A stretch of DNA of 64,000 nt from the human T2T-CHM13v2.0 reference genome, Homo sapiens. The stretch lies in assembly GCF_009914755.1 (NCBI RefSeq), contig NC_060928.1. One strand, given 5' to 3'. The position numbers and the translations under genes are program-made. Shown here piece by piece: positions 44,338 to 59,817 of this stretch. Numbering within the stretch: the first letter of the stretch is position 1; each line of letters begins with the position of its first letter. The notes beneath the pieces were generated by a model, which saw only the letters and a program-made list of their open reading frames with translations, made no database searches and was not told the DNA's origin.

Positions 44338-45138
44338 GATGGCTATTATAAAGAGACCAAAAATAACAGATTCTGGAGAGTATGCAGAGAAAAGGAATCT
44401 CTTACACACTTATATACTGTGAGTATATAAACTAGTATAGCTTATGGAAAACAGCATAGAGATTTCACAAAAACTAAAGAGAGAACTACCATACACTCCT
44501 GCAATCCCACTACTGGCATTTACACAAAGGAAATGAGTTTATCAAAGAGATACCTGCACTCTCATGTTTACACTAACAAAGGAAAGATATGGAATCAACC
44601 TAAGTATTCGTTAACAAATAAAGAAAGAAATTGTGGTATATATACACAATGGAATACTATTTGTCCATAAAAAAGAATGAAATCATGTTATTTGCAGCAA
44701 TATGGATGAAAATGGAGGTTATTATGTTGAGTGAAATAAGCCAGACACAGAAAGACAAATACCACACATCCTCACTCATATGTGGAAGCTAAAAAAGTTA
44801 ATCTAACGGAGACATAGAGTAGAATAATAGATACCAGAGCACTGGTGTGTGCATGGAGTAGGGGAGGACAGAGAGAGGTTGGTTAATGGGTATAAGTATA
44901 CAGTTAGAAGGAATACGTTCTAATGTTTGATAGCAGAGTAGAGGGACTACAGTTAACAACAATTTATTGCCTATTTCAAAATAGCTAGAAGAGAGGATAT
45001 AAAATGTTCCCAACACATAGAAATGATAAATACTCAATATGATGGATATCCAAAATACCCTGACTTGATCATTTCACGTTGTATTCATGTAACAAAATAT
45101 AACTCTACCCCATAATGTGTACAAATATGTATCAATAA

Positions 45139-45500
<362 letters not shown>

Positions 45501-45692
45501 GATAATTTTAAAATACACAAAACAAGCAAAGGACCGTGAGCAACCAAAACACCTCTGAAGAAAAATAAAACATATATAGAGAAATAACCTACCACGTATG
45601 AAAATCTATTATCAGGGATAAAGAGTCATTTTATAATAAGAAAGGTAAATTCACGAATAGGAAAGGACAATTCTAAAGGTTCACACACTTAA

Positions 45693-46650
<958 letters not shown>

Positions 46651-48939
46651 GAAATATTAGGAAATTATATAACACACTACCAAATAACTATGGGTCAAAT
46701 AGGAAATTACAGGAGGAATTAGTGTTTTAAACAAAAAAGTAAAACATTTTTCAAAACAATACTTGTCAAATTTGTAATGTTATTTTTCTTAAATTGGGTG
46801 GTAGGTTAACAGGTGTTTATTTTGTTATTATGCTTTATAGTTTCACTGTATTATAATTATACATCAGTTTGTATAAAAATATACAATTAAAAGATAAATG
46901 GAAATCTGAAATAAACACATGGAAAATATTCCCTTATGAAAGACTAGATAGGCATAATCCAAAATAGATTTGGGATTGATATGTGATAGATTTCAAGTTT
47001 CAAGGAAAAAGTAGCATTAAATCTTAGGCTACAGTATGTGAAGTCACTGGTTGATCGTTGTTTTTTCTTCTGAAAACATGTGATCTCCAATAACACTAAA
47101 AAACATACTACAACCTGTCCTTGTTGCATGTTTACGTTCTCTGTGGTCCTTGTCAAAGAATGAAAAATAAACATATGTGTTTCATGCAATTGGTTGTATC
47201 ATCAGGCATCAAAAAAAAGAAACCATAGCATCTGCAATTCCCCATTTTAATTATATCCCGAAGTAATGGCTGCAGCTGAGCCATTTATTGCTTCTGTAAA
47301 CGAGAGCCAGTAGAGGGAAGCTGTTTTTCCGTAAGTCATTTCTGAAAGGGGAATATAATGGCGACAGCAGAGGAGAGATGTTCAGAGTGAGGGACTTGGA
47401 CTGACCTCTGATGTAATAAAAACAACTTAAGACAGGCAATATGTTTAGCATCTAGTAGTGAGGAACGTGGGGGTGGGAACAGAAACGTAACCATGACACA
47501 GAAGCAGTAAAGACCCAGATTTCGCTGGAGTCACCAACCAAAGTGCAATGTCAACAAAATATCAGCAACGAATTCAGTTTCTTTATTAATAATATAAATA
47601 AATATTTTTATTCTGAAATATTTTCATTTTTCTGAGATTAAAAAAATTATTTGTGTATGTAGAAAATTTTCCTGAGATATGGTTCTTAATACAAACACAT
47701 ATTCAATTATTGTTTACTTATGTGATTTGTTTTGGAATTTAGAGTTAAATGTTTTTATCATTGGTAATTTAAAATTACACTCACACACATACACACTTAC
47801 ACATACATATACATATATTCTTTAAATAGCTACAATTTCCCCAGGCAACTACTTACCATGACAAAATGTTGGTTGCTCAAAATCATTGTGTATTTTCTTA
47901 ACCCTTGAATATTAAAGTACAAATAATTCTTCCTTTCTTCCCAGTATTGACAAACTTTGTGTGTTTTTTTTTTTTTTTTGCAGGAAAAAAAACCATACTT
48001 TCAAAAAAGATTGTATCACAGAGATTGTATAGGAGATTTTTATTATTGGCTAGAGAATAGATGTTTAAAACTTTTCATATTGACTAACCCTGAAAAATGA
48101 GGTTTTCATAATATTAAATGGGACCAGAAAACCATGTCAGATTTATAAAACTGTTTGTCCTACAAAACTATGTAAGTGGAAGTTTTTTGAAGAGGGTTGG
48201 CTTGAAGCACTTCATTATTTTGAAGACTGGATTAATGTTCATAGTTTTCTGTTGCTCCTTTTTATGGGGGTTGTCTCAAATGCAGTATATTATGCAATGG
48301 TTTTGTCATGTATCAGTAATGATATTAACAGTCTAATGCTAAACAGGTTCTGAGAAAATGAAGAGGGGAAAAAAATGACTTACTATATTTACCCTGAAAC
48401 AAGATTCAATCTGCCACTGTATTTAATGCTATATTTTTCATTATCTCACAAGCATATGTTGAAACCACTACAGATAATGAAGTTAGCTGCTGGGCAGAGT
48501 TATCATCAATGCTTTCCATCTTTATTTTAATAAGAGGAATGAGCAAATTGTTTGTGACCTTTGTCAAGGGCTTCGTGAAAGACAAGACACCTAACCACAA
48601 AATCACTAGCCTGGAGCCCTATTGAATATTCAGATCCATCTTTCCTAGAATAAAATATTGTATAACAAAGCCATTGTTTCTGATAGAGCCATGTCTCAAA
48701 CAAAAGGTCCAAAAGCTAAAGGTAAAATATACTTTCATTTTTTTTCTTTAAAAATATTGAATGTATAATATTTGTTGGTGGTCATGTTGAATTTATAGGA
48801 AAAACACATTTCTTTAAGGTCGATGCATCCTTATAAATAATAATGCCTACCCCTACTTAGGACACCAGAATCTTAGTTAACCTTGACACCTTTATAAAAC
48901 CAAGCCTCCTGGGTTAAGTGGAATCATCATATTGAATAG

Positions 48940-49170
48940 CAAAAGCAACATCTCTTGAGAGCTTACCACCATTGTGCTAACCTCTTTACTCAGTTATTTC
49001 ACATAATCCTTACTCTGGAGGTAAATCCTGTGATCAACTCCATTTTTTAGATTGGTAAACTGGGCAGAAGAAGACAGAGTAACTTACCTAAGATCATCCA
49101 GTCTGTGTTGGAATTCAGATGATAAAACTAAGACTTAAGGCATCTGACTCTGGGTGCCCAGTGACTGCTC
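48940..49170 (-). mobile_element. MIR
   Basis: ccattttttagattggtaaactgggc...gtaacttacctaagatca. Confidence 0.55.
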
Positions 49171-52100
49171 TATGCTGAAGGGAACTGGTATTGCAAAATT
49201 GCTATCTTTTGAAATAATCTTAGTTATTATATAAATGATGTATTTAATATTTCTGTCTATTAAAAACATAAGAGAGTGTGAGAAAACTTTGGATTCTTAG
49301 GTGTATACCAGATTACCTTCCGAAATTATAAAAATAGTGGATTGCCTATATTTCCCTGCAGGAAGGCTGCATTTCCCTCCTAGAATTATCATAACGTATC
49401 TCTAGCTTGAGAATATTTTAGACATATATTTGGTCCTATTTGTAGACAAATATATGTTAGTTGCCATTCTCTGTATTGCCATTACATAACCAAGAAGGCC
49501 TAAGCTAATACAGACAGGTGCTTGTCAAGTTCAATCCCCTCATTCCTGAGTGGAAAATGGTCAATGCTGCTTGACTTGTAACCCTAGGTATAGGACAGTT
49601 TAATTCACAATAAAAAGAAAATAAACATTCACAATTGCCCTCTGCCTGTTAATTGTGGGAAGATCACTGAAGATAATACAATTTACACATGTGAACTTTT
49701 GGTCTTTTGTGCTCACTCTCCAAATTTTATTTTTGTACTTGCAGTTTTCCCTTAAGAGTAGTATACTTTTCTAAAACTCTCCTACAGTTATTTGTGATGA
49801 AAAAACACAATTGATTAGAAAAAGAATCAGCTCTCTATCTTAAAGTCCTGCTGTTATTCACAAGTGATTTTTTTAGTCTTGATTAGGAAGAAATATTTAA
49901 CAGTGATGGTGCATTAAATTGTCTTTCTTTAGACAAATGCTACACAAAGTGGTTAGCCAACTGGCAACAATATCTAAACAGTTTGTTACCAGTTCATCAT
50001 GCACAAGGGAGCTTGCCCCAGAATGTAAAACAACACATTGCATCCTTTATTGAGAATGTCTTATAATGAAAAGAAAAAATGTAGCTGAACCAAACAGTGT
50101 GCTTTTGATGTAGTTGATTTACATTCCCAGACTGGCACTTTAAGTAAGACTGCTGTAGACCACTTTAAAACAAGACTTCACAATTTCAAACATTCTTCCC
50201 TGCTGGATTGTCTTTGCTAAAAGCACTTTTCTATTGCTGTTAAGGCCACTTAGTCTCTATATTTCTCTTAACCTTTATAAGAAAATGAAGAAAACCTCAT
50301 AAATACTTCTCAATGTCCTCCTTTTCTTAACATTAAATAGTTAATAGTCCTAATATTTCTCAATTAATAAACACATTATCAATCATTGAGGTTTTAGAAT
50401 GAAGAACTATGAAATAGAAGTCCTAAGACAACTTGATTTCTTCTTATAGTAGTCATATATTGCTCACTCAATCTTCTTGTGACTTTTTTCTTACAAAAAA
50501 CAAAGAAAATCACTTTTAATTCAAAAAATAGATCACAGTAATTTTATTTTTAAAATTTTCATATCAACTATCATTTTAAAATTTAATAAATACATCCATA
50601 TTATCACTTCATAGACATTCTACCTTCCCATTATTAAATAGGGATATTTCAAGAGCAATATTATGGACCAATGCCTTGGGTTTTCCCAAAATTAAATGAC
50701 TAAAGCCCCTGACACTGAATTTCAATCATATAATTTTATGTACGTGCATCTGTTAGTTGAAAAATTGAATATACACTGTCAAAAATTTTTTAACCGAAAG
50801 CTGTTTTGTAACATATTTTAAATGAAAAAATGGGATACAGTGTTATTCTCTTAGCTTGTTTCATTCTTGTTTGTTTTTTTTAGCTTCAGCAAAGAATTCC
50901 TGTCACAACATTAAAGAAATATGGACAGTCTTCAGGGATGCAATTGAAAATGAACAAATATGAAAATAAAACCATGGTTAACCCTAATAGATATAGTAAG
51001 AAAAGCAAATTAGGATTTGGAAATGAGGAAAATATCTAAGCAGTCACTTATATAAGAGTCACAAAATTGGAACAATGCTGTCAGTCTAGCAGTGACATAC
51101 AAATGACACTTTTGTGAAGATTCACTGTACAGAATTAGTCTTGAATGGCTAGATCTAATTTGAACACGATACCTCTTTTCAACTCTTAAATTTCTCAAAT
51201 TAATTTTTACTAATCATTATTCAGTTTTTATTTGGCCTAGCCTCTTAGGTGCTACACTTGAGTCTTTCTATCAATGACCCCACTCCTGGGAACACAGTCA
51301 TAGAAGAACAGGATAAATTGCTGTCCTGATATGAACTGACTCCCAGGGTGGTATGCCTACATGCTTTGCATTGGGCTAATGGGCAAGACTTGAACAGATG
51401 TGTTGGAAATTCCCACTTCTGTTTTGTCAGTTAACGTTGATAGACAAATATACTATAATGGCTGCTATACGGAGTTTGCAAAGAGAAACACACCTCTTGA
51501 GAATAATAACATTGATATCCTTTGGAGTTGCATAAAAAAATCTGGGAGAAAAAAAGATTTCTTGAAAGTGTTCTCCTATGAGTATGTTTTTCTGTGCTAT
51601 CATAGACTCGGCAAACTGTCTTTTGCTGTTGGGGTTATAGTCTGGCTATACTGAGGTAGAAACAATCATTAAAGGAGTAGACGTGAAATTCTGAATCAGG
51701 AAGACTAATTCTGGAGTAGCCATTTGGGGACTCCAGATAAGCCCTCTGAGACATTAGTGGTTAGCTGTCTGCAAAACAGGGCTCTTAATTTCTACTTTAG
51801 GAGATATTTTTGAATAGTAGAAGAAAAAATACTTAGAGATAGTTTAGATGTTAATAGACATTAGGTGATCAATTAATGCTTAAAAATGTTTTTGTCTAGG
51901 TGCAGATACATTCACTCTTGTTTTACACATGTAATTTCAACTTTCTGTAACATACTGAAACCACTGCTACATCCTCATATGAGGGTCTCATTCATTCATT
52001 TTCATCTGGTATATTCATTGTATATGTGTATGTATACAGAACAGCAAGCACATGCACCCCCACACCCATGTTTGCTTCCAGATTCAAATGGTTTTTGGAC

Positions 52101-53134
52101 TCTCTGAAGCCCATTTAGTTTTTTCTCTATGCCCATGAATCCCAGAATAAGAAACTCTGATTTAGAGTCTCTATCTCATGACATTCGTTTGGATGATTAA
52201 ATTGATATAGCAGTTACTAACAATGCTATATTCCAAAAGTTCCTGCATTCCTTTGTCTTTTTTGAGTAGGTCCTTGTTGGCTAAAGAATTGGGGGGAAAT
52301 TTTCTAAAATTTGATTTTCCTTTGTAAAAACTAATTGGCTATATTCCAAAGGAGCAAAGCCAGATTGTCTTTGGCAATTGAAACTAAAACCCTGCACTTG
52401 TGATCAGAGACCCAAGTGCTATGATTTATTAATATTATTTTGATATCAAGTACTTGAAAAATAGTTTGTATGAACAATTGGGGAGTCTAGCAAAATAGTT
52501 TTGACATTTCGCTAACATTAGTGCTTCAACACTGAACCATCTGCTAGAGAGTTCCGAGTCTGAATGAAAGGTGCAAACCTGGATTAGCATCGATATGGTT
52601 TTCTTTCAAGTTTGGCTTATTCTCATCTCACTGGATGTTTTCCAGGTCCCTTTTGAAGCCAAGATTGCCATTGTAGAGTGCAATGCCATATGTTAAGATT
52701 CATGTGACATATTACCTAAAAGTCATGAATTATTATACCGTGTCTCTTTACAAAGCTGTGATTAGAAATGTTTATGTAAGTGCACCTCCAAAGAAAAATG
52801 GTACCCAGTGTTGGGCAACAGTTTGCCTGGTAGCATCAATGAGATTCCCTGACACAGAGAGTATCTCAAAAACAGTTTAATCCTGGGATAATGAAAAATC
52901 AATGCCTTTTCCCTAAGTGTACTGATCTTAGAGAGGAAATAACAGATTAAAAGAATCATTAGGAATAAATCAGTAACTTCCTCTGCAACACAAAAAATCA
53001 TCAAGAAAAATGCAATGACTCAAAAGCTAATCAAAACACCTTATGTCTAAGGACAAGTCAAAAATTGCAAAATAACACATCATGTTACTAAAGAAAACGT
53101 AAATGTCAATGTTTTGTTCTGCTGAATATTTCAA

Positions 53135-53232
53135 AATATATATGCATATACAAATAAATACATATACATACATATATGTATACATATATATGTACATACA
53201 CACATTTATACACACACACAAACATACACATA
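53135..53232. repeat. (TA/CA)-rich low-complexity microsatellite
   Basis: Seen directly. Confidence 0.8.
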
Positions 53233-54565
53233 GTGTTTGCTGGTAGTTAATCAGAGGTACTGCAGGTTATAAATGGAGCTTGACATTTTTCTCTAATATC
53301 ATTCAAGAAATGAATAAATGGAGCTCATCTTGGTATTTTAAAATGCTAAACAACGCTTTGGCTTTTAAAAGGATTTGGAATGGCTAGCTTTGTATTTCTT
53401 TATGCATAAGGATTAGGGCAGGAGGAATGTTTCTATATTCCATGTTCTGTAGTCTACATTCTAAATAATGCTCATAGACACTTACTGACAGATATATATT
53501 TGTACTGCTTTCGAAGTATCTAGGATAAGATCATTTTTGATTAATGCCTAATGTTAAAAAAATACTAGTCATTATGAGAAACAAAGATATGTCAAAACAG
53601 CTTGTTTAATCTTTGGAATATGTAACATTTGTATATATTACTATACATAAATTAGTGATGAAAGATTAATCAAAATTGGTAGTACTATAAATCACCTGGA
53701 GGAGACACATACGTTTTGATAATAATGATAAATAACTGATTTTGTCAACAACATTTTCTATATATTTTTTAGTGACCTAATAAATATGATATTCAAAGGT
53801 AAGGGATATTTCCACATATAACCAGTTCAAATTATAAAGATTTCTAAATCCTTAGGAAATTGTATGGAAGTAGGACGTTTTTATACATACATACATATAA
53901 ACATGTACACTTCATGTAGTTACAAAATGAATACACTCAAACTTGCCGGCCCATATTTTCTTAGCTTCGACAGAACTTAGTGGGCATTTAGTCAAGGCTC
54001 TGTGTCGCTGTGGGATCAGCCACACGTGATTATGTATGGGATCAGCATGATCGGCTGTCACTGGTTTCACTGACATCTGTCCCCACAGTGAGACAAGCTG
54101 CAACATGAATTATTGAAGACATACACATGCAGATCTTTGTCATGATTATGCCAAATAATACATTTTGCCACACTCTTGAGAGCTGAAAGAAGTCATGGAC
54201 CATGTTGTCTTTAACCCTTTTTGGCAATCTGCTACTTTGTTACAGATTTAAAAAAGAAACACAACACTATGACACTTTGTGATAGGCTTTTGTTTCTAAC
54301 ATAAATGAAAAACAAATTCTCCCTCCCCTCCCTTGAAGAGTTTTTATTTGCTCTTTTTTACAGATATTCGCCAAATGATTTGAATACACTTAGTTTGATA
54401 AATTTTTTCTATAGTTAAATGGTAAACAGAATTAGTCTCCTCATTTATAGACGATTTCAATTTGGCAGATTAGTTGATGCTACCTCACTAAGGAACCATC
54501 TTTAATTAGAGGAGCTTGAAGTAGTTTACAAAAAGACAATACATTTTAGCATTAGTAATATCTCT

Positions 54566-54827
54566 CTTTTTTTTTTTTTTTTTTGAGATGGAGTCTCGCA
54601 CTGTCGCCCAGGCTGGGGTGCAGTGGCGCAATCTCGGCTCACTGCAAGCTCTGCCTCCCAGGTTCACGCCATTCTCCCACCTCAGCCTCCCCGAGTAGCT
54701 GGGACTACAGGCACCCGCCACCAGGCCCGGCTAATTTTTTGTATTTTTAGTAGAGACGGGGTTTCACCATTCACAGGATGGTCTCGATCTCCTGACCCTG
54801 TGATCTGCCCACTTTGGCCTCCCAAAG
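54566..54827 (-). mobile_element. 5'-truncated AluY
   Basis: ctgcaagctc, cacgccattctcc, ggatggtctcgatctcctgacc diagnostics; ends at cccaaagt. Confidence 0.9.
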
Positions 54828-55144
54828 TAGTATCTTTAAAGTTGTTGGGAAATTTAAACAACTTGGTTGATATTCTTGTTAATCAGGAAATATACTCCAG
54901 GGTAACAACTTGAGGGTCCGTCTTTTGAAAATTTTGTTCTGCTCTGAAGCAGCGCTTTTATAATATAATCTGCCCTCTAAACACCACAAAAGTATATCCA
55001 ACACTCAATTCTATCTATTATGTATATTTTTATATTTATGTTTATGTATTAAGGGTTGGGCAATATATATATTTATAATTCTAGGACAAAGTATGTTGCT
55101 ATATTACTAACCATGTTACCATATAATTGAATGATTCAAATATA

Positions 55145-55320
55145 TTTGGCCTTGAATAAGTTACTTAACCTCTCTGTGCCTCAGAGACAGAACATTGCTC
55201 AGATATAAAATGTCATAATAGGTACATACTTGCCTGTCATGCAGGGTTGTTGTATAGGTAGAATAAACCTATGAAATGTAAAATGTATAACAAATTCAGA
55301 ACACTAGTATTAAACATCCA
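55145..55320 (+). mobile_element. MIR
   Basis: ccttgaataagttacttaacctctctgtgcctcag...cagggttgttgt. Confidence 0.65.
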
Positions 55321-55581
55321 TAATAGCTGTTTCATAAGCTAATAATATGGCTGTTATAATGGCTTATTTCCCCAAAGATATTTGCATTTAACAAAAATGT
55401 TTACATTTCCCCTTGGAAAATATGGCTAAGAAATTTTCCGATAATTATTGCTACCTTCTCTTATTTTCTACCCTGTTCCTATTTCTGTTTCCAAGGTCAA
55501 ACACTCAGGTGCTTGAATGATGGCTGTGACTCCTTAGAAATCATTTTTTGGTAAGGCATCTAGAAGAATGGAGTTAAATAT

Positions 55582-56001
55582 TGCTGGGAGACCATTTTTC
55601 TTGGTTCCCTCCTGTTTCTGCACATCTTATGAGCAGGGGGGCTGACTTTCCTTTTGCTGTACTAGCTTTTAAAAATATGTTTCTATAGTCAACATCTTCT
55701 CTCAGAGCAAAGCTTACTCTCCAGTATAAAAGATTTTAGTTCTCTAAGCTCAGGGCTTATCTGTGCAATGCAACCCACTGCATGTGCAGCTATCATTTAC
55801 CCCTTTGTGCATGTCCGTGTGGAAACTGGAGTTTAGCACAAATACAGACTCTCTGACTCCTCCTATTATGTAAGTATTAAATGGTCCCTGGTCTTTGAAC
55901 CAGGAGTCTTAAGTCTTTGGCCAAAATCCATGAAACCTCAGTGGTCTAACTTGTTAGACTGAAAGTGCAGTAAAATTTCAGATCCTTCACAGTTCTTGGC
56001 A
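55582..56001 (+). mobile_element. ERVL LTR40-like solo LTR
   Basis: tgctgggagacc...tgtttctgcacatctt...caacccactgcatgtgcag...atccatgaaac...ccttcacagttcttggca. Confidence 0.7.
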
Positions 56002-58888
56002 GATGTTTCTCCTCCAAACTCCGCACCCCCCACTGTGTCCCTAATCCAGTATATTCAAACCTTACATGAAGAGAGATTTTTATGGGGTAGGGTGACTTTA
56101 AAATAGAGGAGTTAGAAGGCAAGAAAATGAATTGAGAGGAGTCTAAGTTCACTTCCATGCCCGCTGATGCCAGGCTATCAATAAAGGAAAGCTTAAATGT
56201 AGTGCAGATCTGATGGTAGTAATAGCAGTTTCTCATGTACAGATGTGGTGAATAAGTACCTGATTCTGCACCTTTATCCTGGCCTCACTCACCACACAGC
56301 AATGCCTCCTGACCACAGGAAACTAGTTCCTACTCATTATATTAGAATAATAGTCTTTGGCAACAATATAATAATTGTTACATTAATAATATGATTATTA
56401 CATTAACAATGTAATAATGCTGACTGTAGCAAACAGATTTGACAGTTGTCTATATATATGGAGTAATGTTCCTTTTGTTCTCCTTTATTCCCTAGGTTTG
56501 TGTGAGACTAAAATAAACATTGGAGAAGGTAAGTTTCCTTTCAAGCTCAGAGAGTTGAAAGCACACAGTTAACTAAATGGAAGAAAAAAAAAAAAAAAGC
56601 TTGGTGTCCTGTCTTAGTATTTGACTAGATTGTGTAAATTGCTATGACTGCAGGAGTATAAAGTTGTTCTGTGCCAGCATAAGAGAAGATGAGGATCAGC
56701 CTTACTCCAGATGTCTTACAATCCAGGATATGCATATATTACTATAAAATTATGATAAAATTTGGTTTTAGAGCCTAACATATATGCCACACTTTAAATA
56801 CTATTTGCACACAGTTTCAATATATTTTGCCCTGAATACTGAGACAACCTGAGGTAACTTTGGATTTTTGAGGGCAGGGTAGAAAAAATTAAGAGAGAAA
56901 AATCTTTATAAAGGATTAATAGTCTAATTTCAAAGATATCGTTGGAGAGAAAATCAGTTTTCAAAAAATCTAGGATTTCTCTGCTCTAAGTCAAGTATAA
57001 AAATAATATATGGAAAAACCTGCATTGTTTGCAGCCGATATTCTTGTCCCCTACCAATGTTAACTTATTTATGAGTATGCAAATTGTATGCAAAACTAGG
57101 AGACTCCCTGGGGGTATAGCATTCTACTGTCAGCAAGATATTCTAAAAACAGATGTTTTAATATAGTCTTTAGGATTTGATGAGGGAAATTATGAAGTGC
57201 TATGTGAAGTCAGTTTTTTGTAATTTAAAATTTTTCAAAAGCAGATTGATGCAGTCTTACTTAGAATAGGTATATAAGCTTTCTCTTGCTAGTAGTCAGA
57301 CTAATAAAAAATGATTTAGTATGGCAAAAATAATAATAAAGATGTGCCATCTTAAGGACTTTTTGGAATTCAAGCATTTCCTTTTGCAACTATTTTATGA
57401 TTATAGTCCAGCCTTTTGGGTGTTCTGTATCAAAAGCTTGCACTAATTTGAGCTTAGTAAGAATATATTATTTAAGTATACTCCAAATAATAGTATAGCT
57501 TATATAAGGAAATTTACATTATAGACTCTTTACAATTTTCAGAGATTCAGAGGCATTATACAATTACTGTAAATTTAACTGTGGAATAAGATCACTTTCT
57601 CAGCATGGAGCAGAAAAGTCCACTGATTTTATATCTCTTTTCTCAGACTTCATTTAATTATAAAAATAAACAAAAAGCATTTATCATTTAATTGTACAGA
57701 AATGTGTGAATTGGTGGCTTGACATATGGCATGTCAGGTATGAGAGACAGGAGCCACTTCACCTCTTATTCCCATTTCCCATCAACTCAGACTCTTCTCC
57801 AGCTAAGTTTTCAAGGCTACAGAAATATTCACAAAGAAAAATAAGGTCAATTGCACCCAAGTTGCTAACTTTATGAGCTTCTCCTATATTAAATATGGTA
57901 TAAAGGTTTATTCCTATCATTTGTAGCCGTAAGCTCCTATTAAACAATAACGACTCTTCTAAAAAGCTAAACCCCAGTAGGCTTGTGAGCGGGACATTTT
58001 TTCCAATGATATGTTCCTGTCAGAAAAAAAATAAAACAAACAAAAAAACCAAACAAGAAAAAAAAACTGGCTTTTTGTGCTCAATACCAATTTGCATGCG
58101 GGTTTGCATATATTTGCATATGACATTCCTGAGCCCCTAATTCCAAATATGCAAAATAAAAGAAAATTAATTAAATAGGGTAAATGACTACAGTTGAATT
58201 CCAATTCAATGGAAAGGGCATGGCACACACAAAATACATAACAGATTTAAAAAGTAATCATTCTAATTGCATCCCAGATGAAGAGTCAGTAACCCTGAAG
58301 CTGAAGATGGCTATGCCTCAACTTTTCTTGGCAGAGGGTTTACTAGGGACTTCTTCGGCATATTCTGCCTGTGTAGCTATCCTACTCCCATCTAATAGAG
58401 GTCACATCAGCAGCAGCAGTAGCCTAAATTTTTATATCTGCGCATACACTATACATACATGATCTCACTTGAAAATTACATCGACCCTCCGAGAAAAGCT
58501 AGATAAAATTATTTTCCTTAATTTAGAAATGTAGAACTCAGGGGCAAGAAAAGCCAAGTTGTTAAAATATTATTTATAGCAAGCAGCAGAGTTGGAAAAA
58601 AAAAAAAGAAAAGTACAAAATGTGGATAGTTTACTCCAAATGTAATGTTGTTTACTCCAAGGCACTTCCCACATATCTTCCATCCTAGTTTTATAAATAG
58701 GATTATAGCTGATTGGTTTTTTGTATCTTTTACTCTTATCATCAAGCTCTTCTGGGGCTCCCTTATGTAGCCTGTTTTCTTTGACACTTTAAAATCTTAA
58801 TGTTTTAATGTTTTCTCCATTTCACCCTTTTGACTTTAAGAAGAAGCTCTTATAAACTCATTTGCATTGCAGTGTTTATAATTTAATG

Positions 58889-59261
58889 TACGTCATGCAT
58901 CACTTAATGACAGGGACACATTCTGTGAAATGCATCATTGGGAAATTGTGTTGTAGTGCAAACATCATAGAGTGCACTTACACAAACCTAGATAGATGGT
59001 CTAGCCTACTACACACCTAGACTATATGGTATAGCCTATTGTGCCTAGACTGCAAACCTAGGCATGTTATATACTGAGTATTGGCATGTTACCGTACTGA
59101 GTATTGTAGGCAATTGTAACACAATGGTAAGTATTTGTGTATTAAAACATATCTAAACATAGGAAAGGTACTTTAAACATGCAGAATTATAATCTTACAG
59201 GAACACCATTTTATATGCAGTTTGCTGTTAACTGAAAAGTTGTTATGTGACACATGACTAT
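58889..59261 (+). mobile_element. Tigger3a (MER7A)-like TcMar DNA transposon
   Basis: Inverted ends gtcatgcatcacttaatgac / gttatgtgacacatgac flanked by TA; gcctactacacacctag core; small internal duplication of ggcatgtt...tactgagtatt. Confidence 0.8.
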
Positions 59262-59289
59262 ACTGGAAAATAATCTTAATTCAATAAGT

Positions 59290-59810
59290 CTGAAGAGCAA
59301 CTTCTTTATAAACTTACTGAGAATCTCTTCTATGATAAACCCTTTTCTTAAGTCTGGGTGCAACAGCATAGAAAAAAAAACAGTTAAAAATATTGTCCCT
59401 TAAATTCTAAGGTTGGGAGAAGTGGAGGATGGCAGTAAATAAATTGTAAAATAAGTTAACTGATTATACACACTATGGAAAAAAATGAAAGAAGAAAGAG
59501 AAATAGGGGGTACTAGATATTGGTTGGGAGGGATTGCTTCAATTTTAAATAAGGTGGTCAAGAGAGGCTTTAGGGAGAAAGTGACATTTGAGCAATGACT
59601 TGAGAGGATAAGAAAGTGGGCCCTATAGCCATCTGGGGAAAGAATCTTCCAGGCAGATGGAAAATCAAACATGAAATCTCTATGGCAGGAGTATAACATG
59701 TTCAAAGGGCAGCAAGGAGGCCATTGTGGCCTTCGAGAGGACTTGAGCTTTTACTCTGAATGAGATGAAAAGGCCTTGGAGAGTTTAAAGAAAGAAATAT
59801 CATGATTTGT
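59290..59810 (-). mobile_element. L2 LINE fragment
   Basis: aaggtggtcaagagaggctt...gtgacatttgagcaatgacttga...gcttttactctgaatgagatg. Confidence 0.7.
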
Positions 59811-59817
59811 CTCACCA

